Below are positions 17,928-26,933 of a stretch of 64,000 nt of DNA, piece after piece (within the stretch, counting starts at the first letter, position 1; every line of letters starts with the position of its first letter). A program made the position numbers and the translations under genes. Source of the DNA: Cytophagaceae bacterium (GTDB lineage Bacteria > Bacteroidota > Bacteroidia > Cytophagales > Spirosomataceae); NCBI GenBank assembly GCA_027488335.1, contig JAIYBU010000114.1:15-64014 (forward strand), read 5' to 3'. The notes below the pieces were generated by a model. It had not been told where the DNA came from. It made no database searches and worked only from the letters and a program-made list of their open reading frames with translations.

Positions 17928-18491
17928 GTGACCAGCAGAGAGAAAATATTAAATAGTATAGCCAGCAATAAACCTGCCTTAACAACGCTGCCTAATGTGC
18001 CAATTTTTGAAGGTGATGGAAGCATTGAGCGATTCAAAACCGTGTTAGAAGGCATCGGAGGTAGAGCTATTGAGGTAGCTTCAAAAGCCGATTGTCAAGC
18101 CGCGATTGATGAGTATTACAGCGATTTAAAAAATGTTGCCTCTGATATTGTCAAAGCAAACGTTGTGGTAAATCTTGATACAATTAAAGAAGTTTTAGAA
18201 CAAGTCGATTTGGCCGTAATTCAAGGAGAAATCGGTGTTGCAGAAAACGGTACTATTTGGGTCCCTGAAATCAATATGCTCAATCGTGCTTTGCCCTTTA
18301 TTACCCAACATTTGGTTTTGGTACTTGATAAAAAGAATATTGTAGCCAATATGCAGCAAGCTTATGATAAACTCGAAAACGTAGGAAGTTATGGCGTTTT
18401 TATAGCTGGGCCATCAAAGACAGCCGATATTGAACAATCTTTGGTTATTGGAGCCCATGGAGCCAGAAGTATGATGGTGTTAATTTATTAG
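17928..18491 (+). CDS. lutC: Lactate utilisation protein C (LUD domain)
   Basis: GTG start; GVAENG.IW; FIAGPSKTADIEQSLVIGAHG. Confidence 0.9.
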   Translation: MTSREKILNSIASNKPALTTLPNVPIFEGDGSIERFKTVLEGIGGRAIEVASKADCQAAIDEYYSDLKNVASDIVKANVVVNLDTIKEVLEQVDLAVIQGEIGVAENGTIWVPEINMLNRALPFITQHLVLVLDKKNIVANMQQAYDKLENVGSYGVFIAGPSKTADIEQSLVIGAHGARSMMVLIY

Positions 18492-18526
18492 CTTCATCTC
18501 TCCCCGATAGGGTAGGTACAAAAAAA

Positions 18527-19219
18527 CTATTTCACCATCCAGATTTTTTTCAAAACTTCCATTAAATCCTCACGGTAATTGGCGGCAATTGGAACTGCTT
18601 CTGCACCGACCCAAACCTGATGACGTTCAATTTTCTTGACGTGTCTGAGATTAATCATGAACGACTTGTGAACCCTGAAAAAATCAGTTTTTGGTAGCAT
18701 TTCGATGGCTTCAGTCATAGTCATGCGAGTAACAGTCTTTTTATCAGATTCCTTAAAAGTCAGGTAATTACCTTCGGATTCTACAAAAAGCAGATTTTCG
18801 ATGCTAATTCTGACCAAATCATAGCCATCTTTTACGAATAGATATGGCACTTTAGGGGTTTCTTGGTTGATATTTTCATAAGCTTTCTGGCAAGCTTTCA
18901 TAAATCTACTAAAATCAATGGGCTTTAGCAGATAATCGAGTGCATTGATATTGAAAGCATCAACTGCGTATTGAGAATAGGCCGTTGTGAAAATAACAGC
19001 TGTATTTTGTGGTAAGAGTTGCGAGAAATCGAGCCCCGTAATATCGGGCATATTGATGTCGAGAAATACCAAATCCGTGGAGTTCTTTTTCAAAAAATCA
19101 AGTGCTTCCATTGCACTAACGAAGGTTTCTTGTAAATCAAGAAAGGTAACTTTTTGGGCGTGGGCTTTGATTACTTCCAGAGCCATTGGCTCGTCGTCTA
19201 TGGCAATTGCTTTGAGCAT
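18527..19219 (-). CDS. LytTR-family two-component response regulator
   Basis: REC domain (IDDE, FLDINMP, FTTAY, YLLKP) plus LytTR domain (ES.GNY, FFRVHKSFMIN). Confidence 0.95.
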   Translation of the reverse strand: MLKAIAIDDEPMALEVIKAHAQKVTFLDLQETFVSAMEALDFLKKNSTDLVFLDINMPDITGLDFSQLLPQNTAVIFTTAYSQYAVDAFNINALDYLLKPIDFSRFMKACQKAYENINQETPKVPYLFVKDGYDLVRISIENLLFVESEGNYLTFKESDKKTVTRMTMTEAIEMLPKTDFFRVHKSFMINLRHVKKIERHQVWVGAEAVPIAANYREDLMEVLKKIWMVK

Positions 19220-19248
19220 TGAGTGGTTACGGTTACAGATTTTTCAAT

Positions 19249-20442
19249 TTACTTTAAATTTACTTCCAGCGAGACTTCAAAGATATTATTTTCATTCGAT
19301 ATTCTCAGTGAATGTTTGTGTGGGTAGTTGAGGGCAAGGCGGCGTTGCGTATTTTCGATGCCTGTTGAAGTGCCAACTTCGAGTTTATCAAATTGTTTGA
19401 TAATGCTATTTCGGCACAAAAAATTGAGTTGTTGGTCGTGTATCTTAAAATTTAGGTCGATAAAACTTTCCTGTGTAATGCTAATGCCATATTTAAAAGC
19501 ATTTTCGATGTACGGAATCACTAAAAGAGGTGCAATTTGCGTTGGTTGTTCGTCCCAATCAATGTTGATATTGATTCTGATATTGTTTCGCTTCGGAATC
19601 CTCATTTTGTTTAATTCCATAAAATCGTGTAAGAATTGTACTTCTTTTTCGACTGAAATTCGTTCGTTTTTTGTGCCTTCAACTACGTGCCGCATGATGC
19701 TTGATAATTGTTGAATACCTTCGGCAGTTTTAGGACTTTCTTCCACGATGGCTGTTCCGTAGAGATTATTTAGCACATTAAACAAAAAGTGTGGGTTTAT
19801 TTGAGCTTTTAAGGCCGAAAGTTCAACTTTTGTTTTCTGAATGGCCAATTCTCGTAATCTTTTATGTGATTCAGAAACGTATTGAATGACCGAATAAATG
19901 ACTGAGTAGCCTATCCAAATATTTGTTATGAAAGTATGTAAGCCAAGTGGCTCAGCTTTTATTCCAAATATACTGAGTAAGATTATTAGAATAAATAAAT
20001 AGAAAAATAACAATACAATGAAATAAAAAAATTTGCCTTTGCGACCTTCGTCAACGAAAAGATTTTTGAAAAGAAATTGAAAATTAAATTCAGCAATGAG
20101 GATTGTTGTGCCTACCAAACTGAAAATAAAACTTTTAGAACCCAAAAGAGTAGCGGCTAAGTAGCCTAATTTATACCAGCGAGAATAATTTCGTAAGCCT
20201 CCTTTGACTTTCGTAGCCTTCATGATGTTATCAATAACCGTCGAAAACGGGTGAGAAACGCTGAAATACCAAATTGTATGAGCTACGCTTATTGCCGTTA
20301 ATACCGCCAGAATCAACACCCAATGTTTTTTTGCGAAAGGAATAATTATCTCTTTCCAGTATGTTTTGGTGAATATATTTCCAAACGAAAACTCCATTGA
20401 TTTGTTAATTGGTTTTGAAGCGAAATTAAGGCTTTTTTCCAT
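19249..20442 (-). CDS. LytS/YehU-type sensor histidine kinase
   Basis: N-terminal TM segments; LKAQINPHFLFNVLNNLY; PYIENAFKYG; TGIEN..RRL. Confidence 0.9.
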   Translation of the reverse strand: MEKSLNFASKPINKSMEFSFGNIFTKTYWKEIIIPFAKKHWVLILAVLTAISVAHTIWYFSVSHPFSTVIDNIMKATKVKGGLRNYSRWYKLGYLAATLLGSKSFIFSLVGTTILIAEFNFQFLFKNLFVDEGRKGKFFYFIVLLFFYLFILIILLSIFGIKAEPLGLHTFITNIWIGYSVIYSVIQYVSESHKRLRELAIQKTKVELSALKAQINPHFLFNVLNNLYGTAIVEESPKTAEGIQQLSSIMRHVVEGTKNERISVEKEVQFLHDFMELNKMRIPKRNNIRININIDWDEQPTQIAPLLVIPYIENAFKYGISITQESFIDLNFKIHDQQLNFLCRNSIIKQFDKLEVGTSTGIENTQRRLALNYPHKHSLRISNENNIFEVSLEVNLK

Positions 20443-20464
20443 GATTTTGTGTGAATTTCATAGC

Positions 20465-20830
20465 TTATTTATCAGACTTTTTGAAAAAAACTACCCAATT
20501 AATGATGGCAATGAAGGTGAATAATGCGGCAATAACCCAGTCGGACTTATCTTTATTGAAATATTTTACCCATTTCATTACTGCCAAAGTACTCCAAATC
20601 ATACTTGGAATGAAGTTCGGATTAGTACTTTTATACTTTTCAGAAATTTTGTCGAAATCAAATTTTAACAACGTAGTGATGCCTGCTATTAGAGCTGCTA
20701 AGAGAAAAATGTGTTCCACACCAAATCCTACAATCGGATTTACATAATTGATAATAAATATAAAGGCTGCTAAAGCGGCAAATATAATTCCGAAGAAAAG
20801 TAATTTATCTTGTTTTGTAACAGTATCCAT
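20465..20830 (-). CDS. Small hypothetical membrane protein (about 4 TM)
   Basis: Hydrophobic segments; co-oriented in the LytS/LytTR operon; start chosen at MDTV (20830). Confidence 0.6.
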   Translation of the reverse strand: MDTVTKQDKLLFFGIIFAALAAFIFIINYVNPIVGFGVEHIFLLAALIAGITTLLKFDFDKISEKYKSTNPNFIPSMIWSTLAVMKWVKYFNKDKSDWVIAALFTFIAIINWVVFFKKSDK

Positions 20831-20846
20831 ATTTTTAATTTGAAAT

Positions 20847-21350
20847 TTATGCAACCAACAATGTAAGGGTATCTACTGTGTTTTCTTCGGCAATAGGCTT
20901 GAAAATATACCAGCAAATAGCTAATAGATAAGGCTTTATAGGGTTTTCGACAAGTGCTTCCTCTAACTTGATTACTGTTTCTGTCATACCTTTTTTATCA
21001 GGTTTTAAGCTATAAGAAAGTAGTAGATTTTCTTCGGTTTCAGTAAAAAAAACTATTTCAGCTAATGGATTATTGCGATATTTAAACTTGATTTTTTGTT
21101 CATTTATTTCTAAAGTACTAATGCTACTATACCATTTTTCAGTCGTGGTTTTGGCAATGATGATTTCATTTTCTTTGATGAGAATATTGCTTTTCCAAAA
21201 ACTTTCAGTTTCTATGAGAAATATTTTAGAACTGCTTTGACACGTAGCTTTTACTCCTTTGTTGTTATAGTCAAAGTGCATTTTTAGTATTACTTCATCA
21301 TTGTGTTTTAGTACATAATTTGTTTCTGAATTGTCTTTAATCCATTTCAT
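20847..21350 (-). CDS. Hypothetical protein (beta-rich)
   Basis: 167-aa ORF in operon context; no recognised family. Confidence 0.6.
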   Translation of the reverse strand: MKWIKDNSETNYVLKHNDEVILKMHFDYNNKGVKATCQSSSKIFLIETESFWKSNILIKENEIIIAKTTTEKWYSSISTLEINEQKIKFKYRNNPLAEIVFFTETEENLLLSYSLKPDKKGMTETVIKLEEALVENPIKPYLLAICWYIFKPIAEENTVDTLTLLVA

Positions 21351-21357
21351 GGCATAT

Positions 21358-21609
21358 TTAGTTTAAAAGGATTGCTTGGTTATTTCTAAAAATATTGAAG
21401 GTGACACCCCTAAAGATATTCAATCCGATGCGAACTTCGTACTTGACAATTTCACCATTTTCGGACTTTTCAAAGTTGTGAACTGAGCCAAAAACGGAAC
21501 TTTTCTCCGAAACTATCTCATCATTATATTTGATAGTTTCTTTTCCCCACACACTATTATCAATATCTATTCGGGTGTTTGGGTTGATGTTTAGTGTTAA
21601 ATATCTCAT
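21358..21609 (-). CDS. Small hypothetical protein
   Basis: 83-aa ORF with WGKETIKYN..VSEKSS..G..H.F; first gene after a LytTR box and promoter. Confidence 0.65.
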   Translation of the reverse strand: MRYLTLNINPNTRIDIDNSVWGKETIKYNDEIVSEKSSVFGSVHNFEKSENGEIVKYEVRIGLNIFRGVTFNIFRNNQAILLN

Positions 21610-21668
21610 TGTTGTAAATGTTTTTCATGATTCAAATTTGTATAAAATAGCTTTTTCATAAAAATTGT

Positions 21669-21706
21669 TGTGACGAACTCCCCCAAATCTGTGATGAAGT
21701 TCGTCA
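21669..21706 (-). promoter_or_regulatory. LytTR direct-repeat box 1
   Basis: TGTGACGAAC at 21669 and TGTGATGAAG at 21690 (21-bp period), extra inverted GTTCGTCA at 21699; CAAATTTG -7-like element at 21633-21640. Confidence 0.7.
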
Positions 21707-21717
21707 GTTACGTGAAA

Positions 21718-22005
21718 TTACTTTACTTCATCGCTATCAATTTGCATGATATTGATTGGTAGTGTAGATTTTGGTTGATTATACCTTGGTTTGGCTGTAT
21801 TGGTATTCTCTGAAATTGGTTGAGAAGCCTCATTCCCGTCCATAATTGCTTCTTTTTCGTCAATTATTACTGTTGTGTCGGTGTTTTTGTTATTTGAGTA
21901 ATAGCCCAAGCCCACATTAGGTGTAATATTTTCTTCTTTTTGGCAAGAAGTAGTGGCCAATGAGATTGAAACTAAAGCTGCGAATAAGATTGATTTCGTT
22001 TTCAT
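21718..22005 (-). CDS. Small hypothetical lipoprotein
   Basis: Lipoprotein signal MKTKSILFAALVSISLATTS-C followed by a polar low-complexity tail. Confidence 0.7.
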   Translation of the reverse strand: MKTKSILFAALVSISLATTSCQKEENITPNVGLGYYSNNKNTDTTVIIDEKEAIMDGNEASQPISENTNTAKPRYNQPKSTLPINIMQIDSDEVK

Positions 22006-22045
22006 AATTTTGTGTTGATTGATAATTGTTTCTGTTTTGATGATT

Positions 22046-22112
22046 CAAAAGTAGTGTATCAGAAACAACTCAGAAAACAGATGTGATGAACTCTTAGAAG
22101 CTTGTGATGAAG
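22046..22112 (-). promoter_or_regulatory. LytTR direct-repeat box 2 with -7 promoter element
   Basis: TGTGATGAAC at 22082 and TGTGATGAAG at 22103 (21-bp period); TACTTTTG on the minus strand at 22046-22053. Confidence 0.75.
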
Positions 22113-22131
22113 TATTGAAACAGTGGGAAAT

Positions 22132-22166
22132 AAAAAAACTCATGACTGAAAATCATGAGTTTTTTT
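22132..22166. terminator. Rho-independent terminator
   Basis: AAAAAAACTCATGA-CTGAAAA-TCATGAGTTTTTTT. Confidence 0.75.
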
Positions 22167-22187
22167 TAAGAAGATATTCCGTGAAAT

Positions 22188-23018
22188 TTACAAGAAGGCA
22201 ATGCTTTCGTCGTCTTCGGGCTGTTGCCATTCAATGGTTTTGGTTTGTTTCTTTATGTATAATAAGCCAGCTATAATGATAACTATAGATGCCAGTAAAC
22301 CCAAATAATAGACTGTGTTGTTCTGTACAAAATCAAATTTAATATAATTTTTGGTCACGATATGATTGCCAAGATAAATCTTAAGAATGTATTCAACAAC
22401 ACTAAGGACGATAGACATTATAATTGGTAGAAGAAATGAAGCCGTACGGTAATAAATGTAAAACATGATTGTAGTTTGAAAAAATAGGCCGATAACTGCT
22501 TGTGGAATAACCATCACTATACTTACGGCAGCAACCGTGAAAATAACTTGTTTGAAAAGATAATTTTTCAGCAAACCATGCCCAATAATACCAATTTGTA
22601 GAAAAGTGAATAGAGTTGAACTCAAAACGCTCAGGAACAAATCTATTCCGAGCCGTTCAATATTATCAGATTCTTTTTCATTAAAAGGAAGAAATTCAAC
22701 AATAATAGGGCTAATATAGCTCCAAGCCAGAGAAATAATAATACAAACAAGTGTAATCGAAACCGAGGGCTTATTAAAAAATGGTAATTGTTTTTTATTG
22801 ATATAAAACCCCCATAGACTTGAAAGGATTAGAATCAAGGTCATTAGAATAAAAATGCCGTTTTCCATAAATTCTTGGGGGTCAGCATTCTGATATCCTA
22901 AAACTCCACCAATTATTAATGCTCCAAACATAAAAACGATTACACAAGTGACCATGACCATCCAAGCTTTGGCTATTGTCATACCTGTTTTTTTGCGTAG
23001 TAAATTTAATTCATCCAT
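22188..23018 (-). CDS. CPBP/Abi (CAAX protease-like) family membrane protein with degenerate catalytic motifs
   Basis: TM spacing and GLLKNY / YIYYRTASFLLPII segments match the family, but the EE and H residues are absent; start MDELN (23018); promoter TTTG-N19-TAAATTTG at 23054-23084. Confidence 0.55.
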   Translation of the reverse strand: MDELNLLRKKTGMTIAKAWMVMVTCVIVFMFGALIIGGVLGYQNADPQEFMENGIFILMTLILILSSLWGFYINKKQLPFFNKPSVSITLVCIIISLAWSYISPIIVEFLPFNEKESDNIERLGIDLFLSVLSSTLFTFLQIGIIGHGLLKNYLFKQVIFTVAAVSIVMVIPQAVIGLFFQTTIMFYIYYRTASFLLPIIMSIVLSVVEYILKIYLGNHIVTKNYIKFDFVQNNTVYYLGLLASIVIIIAGLLYIKKQTKTIEWQQPEDDESIAFL

Positions 23019-23507
23019 AAAATTAATAGGTATTTGTTTTGTGTGATTTCGGTCAAATTTACCACAAGAGTTTGTCAAAACAAAAACCCCTACCAAAATA
23101 GTAGAGGAATTTTCATGTAAGGTTTAACAAATCTTTTAACTATAATTTGTGATAAAATCAATAATTCCAAATCCCCAAGTGGAACGATAAGGTTGTTTTA
23201 TATTTTTTCGGGCGTAGTCGCCTTTGTTTGAAGTATTCCAAAATGAAAAAAACATAGTCGATTCAAAATATTTAACCCGCTGTTAAACAAACAAGACCAA
23301 CATACTGCTATCAAAAACGTAATGTATCGGTTCTAAGTTTTAATATTCACGCTGATAATTATTTAGGGTAATAGCACAAATCTAAAAAACTTAGCCAGTA
23401 CGTAAATGCTGCGTTCATACTTTTGTAATATTTAGGAATGATTGAAATATGTTTGATTTTGTGTTATTTGCCTTGTTTGAGAAGGTTTTTCTTTAGGAAA
23501 AAACCAA

Positions 23508-23538
23508 TGTGATGAACTCCACCAGCTTTGTGACCAAT
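23508..23538 (-). promoter_or_regulatory. LytTR direct-repeat box 3
   Basis: TGTGATGAAC at 23508 and TGTGACCAAT at 23529 (21-bp period). Confidence 0.55.
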
Positions 23539-23728
23539 TATTCAATCCATGTGATTTGCTTTGGCATAATAATTGGCATTTAAACTTAAAAGATGATGAT
23601 TTATTGCAAGGATTTTTACACTTTTACGTTGTAAAAAGTAGCTCTTTTTAAAAATTAATTAATAATAATTTAAAAACTGTTGACTGTCGTGCGGAACGCC
23701 GCCTGCTATCGACTGTGGACTTCAAAAT

Positions 23729-25822
23729 ATGCAATTTCTTTTTCCGACTTTTCTTTGGGGTTTAGCGGCACTTTTGGTGCCTTTAATTATTCATTTATTC
23801 AATTTTCGTCGAACCAAGCGAGTATTCTTTACTAATGTTGCCTTCTTGAAGGCCGTCGAAACTCAAACTTCTTCGTTTCGTCGCATCAAGCAATGGCTTA
23901 TTTTGGCTGCACGATTGTTATTTTTGTTGTTTTTGGTTTTGGCCTTTGCACAGCCTTTTTTACCTGCCAAAAATGCTTCAACAAATCGTAGTTCGGGTTT
24001 GGGTGTCAATAGCCTTTACCTCGACAATTCGTTGAGTATGCAAAACACCACCGAAAACAAACGTTACCTCGATTTAGCCATTACGAAAATTGATGAATTG
24101 CTTACGCTGTTTCGTCAATCGCCTAATATTCAGCTTATTACCAACGATTTTTCGGGCGAAGACCAAGCCGTTACTAACGCCACTAAAGTAAAAGACCGCC
24201 TTACATCGGTAGGTTTTTCGTCTAATCCACGTACGTTCGAAAGTATCTATAAACGCCAAAATAACCTCGCTCAAAAGCATAACCCAAGTGCCAATAATCA
24301 ATTCTTTTGGTTTTCTGATTTTCAAAAAAGCACGGCAGGAGATTTGGAAAAAATCAAGACTGATAGCCTCAATAAATTGTTTTTAGTGCCAGTTCAAGGT
24401 AAGAAAAACCAAAATGTTTTCACCGATTCGGTTTGGTTGGCCTCACCATTCATTCGTGAAATGCAGAATAATATTTTGTATGTAAAAGTGTTCAATTCGG
24501 GAAGTGAAGAAGTTGAAAAACTACCCGTAAAACTATTCATTGACAACGCCCAAGCCTCAACTGCTTCGGTTGATATTGCTCCGAATGGTTCGGCAACGGC
24601 AACGTTTAATTTCACGGTCAAAGACAAAGGCTTTCATCGTGGAAAAGTTTCGTTTGATGACCAACCGATTACTTTCGACAACGATTATTTTTTTGTGCTA
24701 AATGCTTCGCCAACAATTCAGGTTTTACATCTTTACCAAGAACGCAGTGCAGCCGATTATATCGGAAAAGTGTTTGATAATGATAGCCTTTTCCATTACC
24801 GAGCATATAGTGCCTCAAATGTGGACGTTGGACAATTTAAAAATGCGAATTTGATAGTTTTAGAGGGTGTGGAAACCGTATCAGGAACATTCCGTGCGAG
24901 CCTCGACGAATTTGTGAGAAATGGCGGAAATCTCTTGATTTTCCCTGCGGCCAGACCCGACGTTACGTCATATAGTCAGTTTTTGGGCGGATTTGGTATT
25001 CAAGGTATAAACCTTAATAACCAACCAGTTTTGGCACAAAGCCAACAAGCGATTGCCGAACCTAACCGACAAAATCCGTTTTATATTGATGTGTTTGAAC
25101 GCACAACTTCGCAAGGTGTAGTAAACACGCCCACTATGCAACCCGCATGGACGTGGAGTGGAGTAGGCGAAAAGATTCTGACCTTCAAGAATATGCAAAA
25201 TTTCATAACCTCTACGCAGGCTTCGCAGGGACGTGTGTATGTGTGTGCATCGCCACTCGAAAAAACGTATGGAAATTTTGCTGAACACGCATTTTTTGTG
25301 CCAACGATGTTTAAAATTGCCTCGATGAGCACTAAACAAGAGCGTGCCGCCTATAATTTCAGCGAAGGGAGTATTAACTTAGATTTGCCAAATGCCAAGA
25401 AGAACGCTACCTATAAACTTAAGAATGTTTCGGCTCCTAACAATAAAATTGAGATAATTCCAGTACAACGAATCGTAGGAAATACGCTTACGTTAGAATT
25501 ACCGAAGTCTTCGCAACTATCAGATAATCAAGTGCTTGAATCGGGTTATTATGAATTGCAGTTAGATGGAAAAACTGAAAAACTCTTAGCTCTCAACCAC
25601 GATAATGAAGAATCGAAAATGGATTTTTATACGCCCGAAGAACTAAGAACGTTCTTTGCAGGACAAAAGAATATCACCATTTTCGATAACCTACTCGACG
25701 GAGATTTTGTAAAAACCTTCCAAGAAAGCAATGTAGGCACGCCACTCTGGAAATACTGTGTGATGCTCGCTTTGGCATTTTTATTAATTGAAATTTTGTT
25801 GATTCGATTTATGAAGGGGTGA
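23729..25822 (+). CDS. BatA-domain (N-terminal double-TM) protein with a vWA-like region
   Basis: MQFLFPTFLWGL..L.VPLIIHLFNFRR.K...F.N..FL; LAFAQP; YLDNSLSM; FSDFQ. Confidence 0.85.
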   Translation: MQFLFPTFLWGLAALLVPLIIHLFNFRRTKRVFFTNVAFLKAVETQTSSFRRIKQWLILAARLLFLLFLVLAFAQPFLPAKNASTNRSSGLGVNSLYLDNSLSMQNTTENKRYLDLAITKIDELLTLFRQSPNIQLITNDFSGEDQAVTNATKVKDRLTSVGFSSNPRTFESIYKRQNNLAQKHNPSANNQFFWFSDFQKSTAGDLEKIKTDSLNKLFLVPVQGKKNQNVFTDSVWLASPFIREMQNNILYVKVFNSGSEEVEKLPVKLFIDNAQASTASVDIAPNGSATATFNFTVKDKGFHRGKVSFDDQPITFDNDYFFVLNASPTIQVLHLYQERSAADYIGKVFDNDSLFHYRAYSASNVDVGQFKNANLIVLEGVETVSGTFRASLDEFVRNGGNLLIFPAARPDVTSYSQFLGGFGIQGINLNNQPVLAQSQQAIAEPNRQNPFYIDVFERTTSQGVVNTPTMQPAWTWSGVGEKILTFKNMQNFITSTQASQGRVYVCASPLEKTYGNFAEHAFFVPTMFKIASMSTKQERAAYNFSEGSINLDLPNAKKNATYKLKNVSAPNNKIEIIPVQRIVGNTLTLELPKSSQLSDNQVLESGYYELQLDGKTEKLLALNHDNEESKMDFYTPEELRTFFAGQKNITIFDNLLDGDFVKTFQESNVGTPLWKYCVMLALAFLLIEILLIRFMKG

Positions 25823-25840
25823 GTTAAGTAAGCTAATTTC

Positions 25841-25969
25841 ATTGCCGTTGGTTTTAACCAACGGATAGCAAAAGTAATCAAAACTCGGCTTTATCTCGAC
25901 ATTTTGGTGTGGCTAAAGCTGATTTTTGAAATTTTACATCAGTATCCGTCAGCTAAAGCAGACGGCAAT
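25841..25969. repeat. REP-doublet / REPIN-like element with inverted 27-bp palindromic ends
   Basis: ATTGCCGTTGGTTTTAACCAACGGATA (25841-25867) and the reverse complement of 25943-25969, ATTGCCGTCTGCTTTAGCTGACGGATA. Confidence 0.7.
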
Positions 25970-26046
25970 GATTTTTTTGAGTATCTATTCAAATTTGTTT
26001 CTTAGTCTAATTTTCGGTATTTTCGCTAACAAACAAAACTACACCT

Positions 26047-26907
26047 ATGAAGAAACTACTCGCCTTACTATTCGTCTCGAATTTGCTTTTTGCCCAAAAC
26101 GGAACCGAAATTTTTCTATTAGACATTTCAGAATCGGGTGGAAATATCACACTTTCAAACCCTAAAAATATCACCAATCGTCGAGGCTACGATAATCAAC
26201 CGTTTTTTCATCCAAATCAACCATTGCTTTATTACACGGCCATGCAAGATGGCCAGACTGACATTTGGTCGTATAATCTCAAAACTGGCGTTGGACTACA
26301 AATAACCAATACCATTGATTCGGAATATTCGCCAACCGTTACGCCCGATAAAAAATATTTATCGTGCATTGTTCAGCGAAAATCAAACGGCGACCAAGAC
26401 TTGGTAAAATACAATATTAAGAATACGACTGAAACGCAGCTAATTTTTGAGTCTCAGAAAACGGGTAAAATTGGTTATCAAGCATGGTTGAACTCGAATG
26501 AACTCATTACTTTCGTACTGGGCGAACCACAAACGCTTCATTATCAAAATCTTACTACAAATAAGGACGTTGCCGTTGCTCCAAATATCGGGCGTTCGCT
26601 ACACCTTATTCCCAAACAAAAAGCGTTTAGTTTTGTGCAGCAAATTGATAAAAAATGGTTGATTCGCTCATTCAATCCTCAAAAAAATACCATTATTGAT
26701 ATTGCAGAAAGCCACCCCAACTCGGAGCATTACAATGCTTGGTTATCAGAAAGTATCGTCTTTGAAAGCCGCAATACCGATATTTTTAGCTACAATTTAA
26801 CGACTAAAGAATGGAAAGCTGTTACTTTGCCAGATATGCTTCCGAAGCGAAAAATTAGTCGAATGGCCATAAAGGGCAATAAAATTGCCATTGTTATTGA
26901 AGAATAA
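26047..26907 (+). CDS. TolB-like (PD40) beta-propeller secreted protein
   Basis: Signal peptide; GYDNQPFF.P; TDIWSY; SEYSPTVTPD repeats. Confidence 0.75.
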   Translation: MKKLLALLFVSNLLFAQNGTEIFLLDISESGGNITLSNPKNITNRRGYDNQPFFHPNQPLLYYTAMQDGQTDIWSYNLKTGVGLQITNTIDSEYSPTVTPDKKYLSCIVQRKSNGDQDLVKYNIKNTTETQLIFESQKTGKIGYQAWLNSNELITFVLGEPQTLHYQNLTTNKDVAVAPNIGRSLHLIPKQKAFSFVQQIDKKWLIRSFNPQKNTIIDIAESHPNSEHYNAWLSESIVFESRNTDIFSYNLTTKEWKAVTLPDMLPKRKISRMAIKGNKIAIVIEE

Positions 26908-26933
26908 AACAGTCCAGCAACTTAGTTTTTGTT

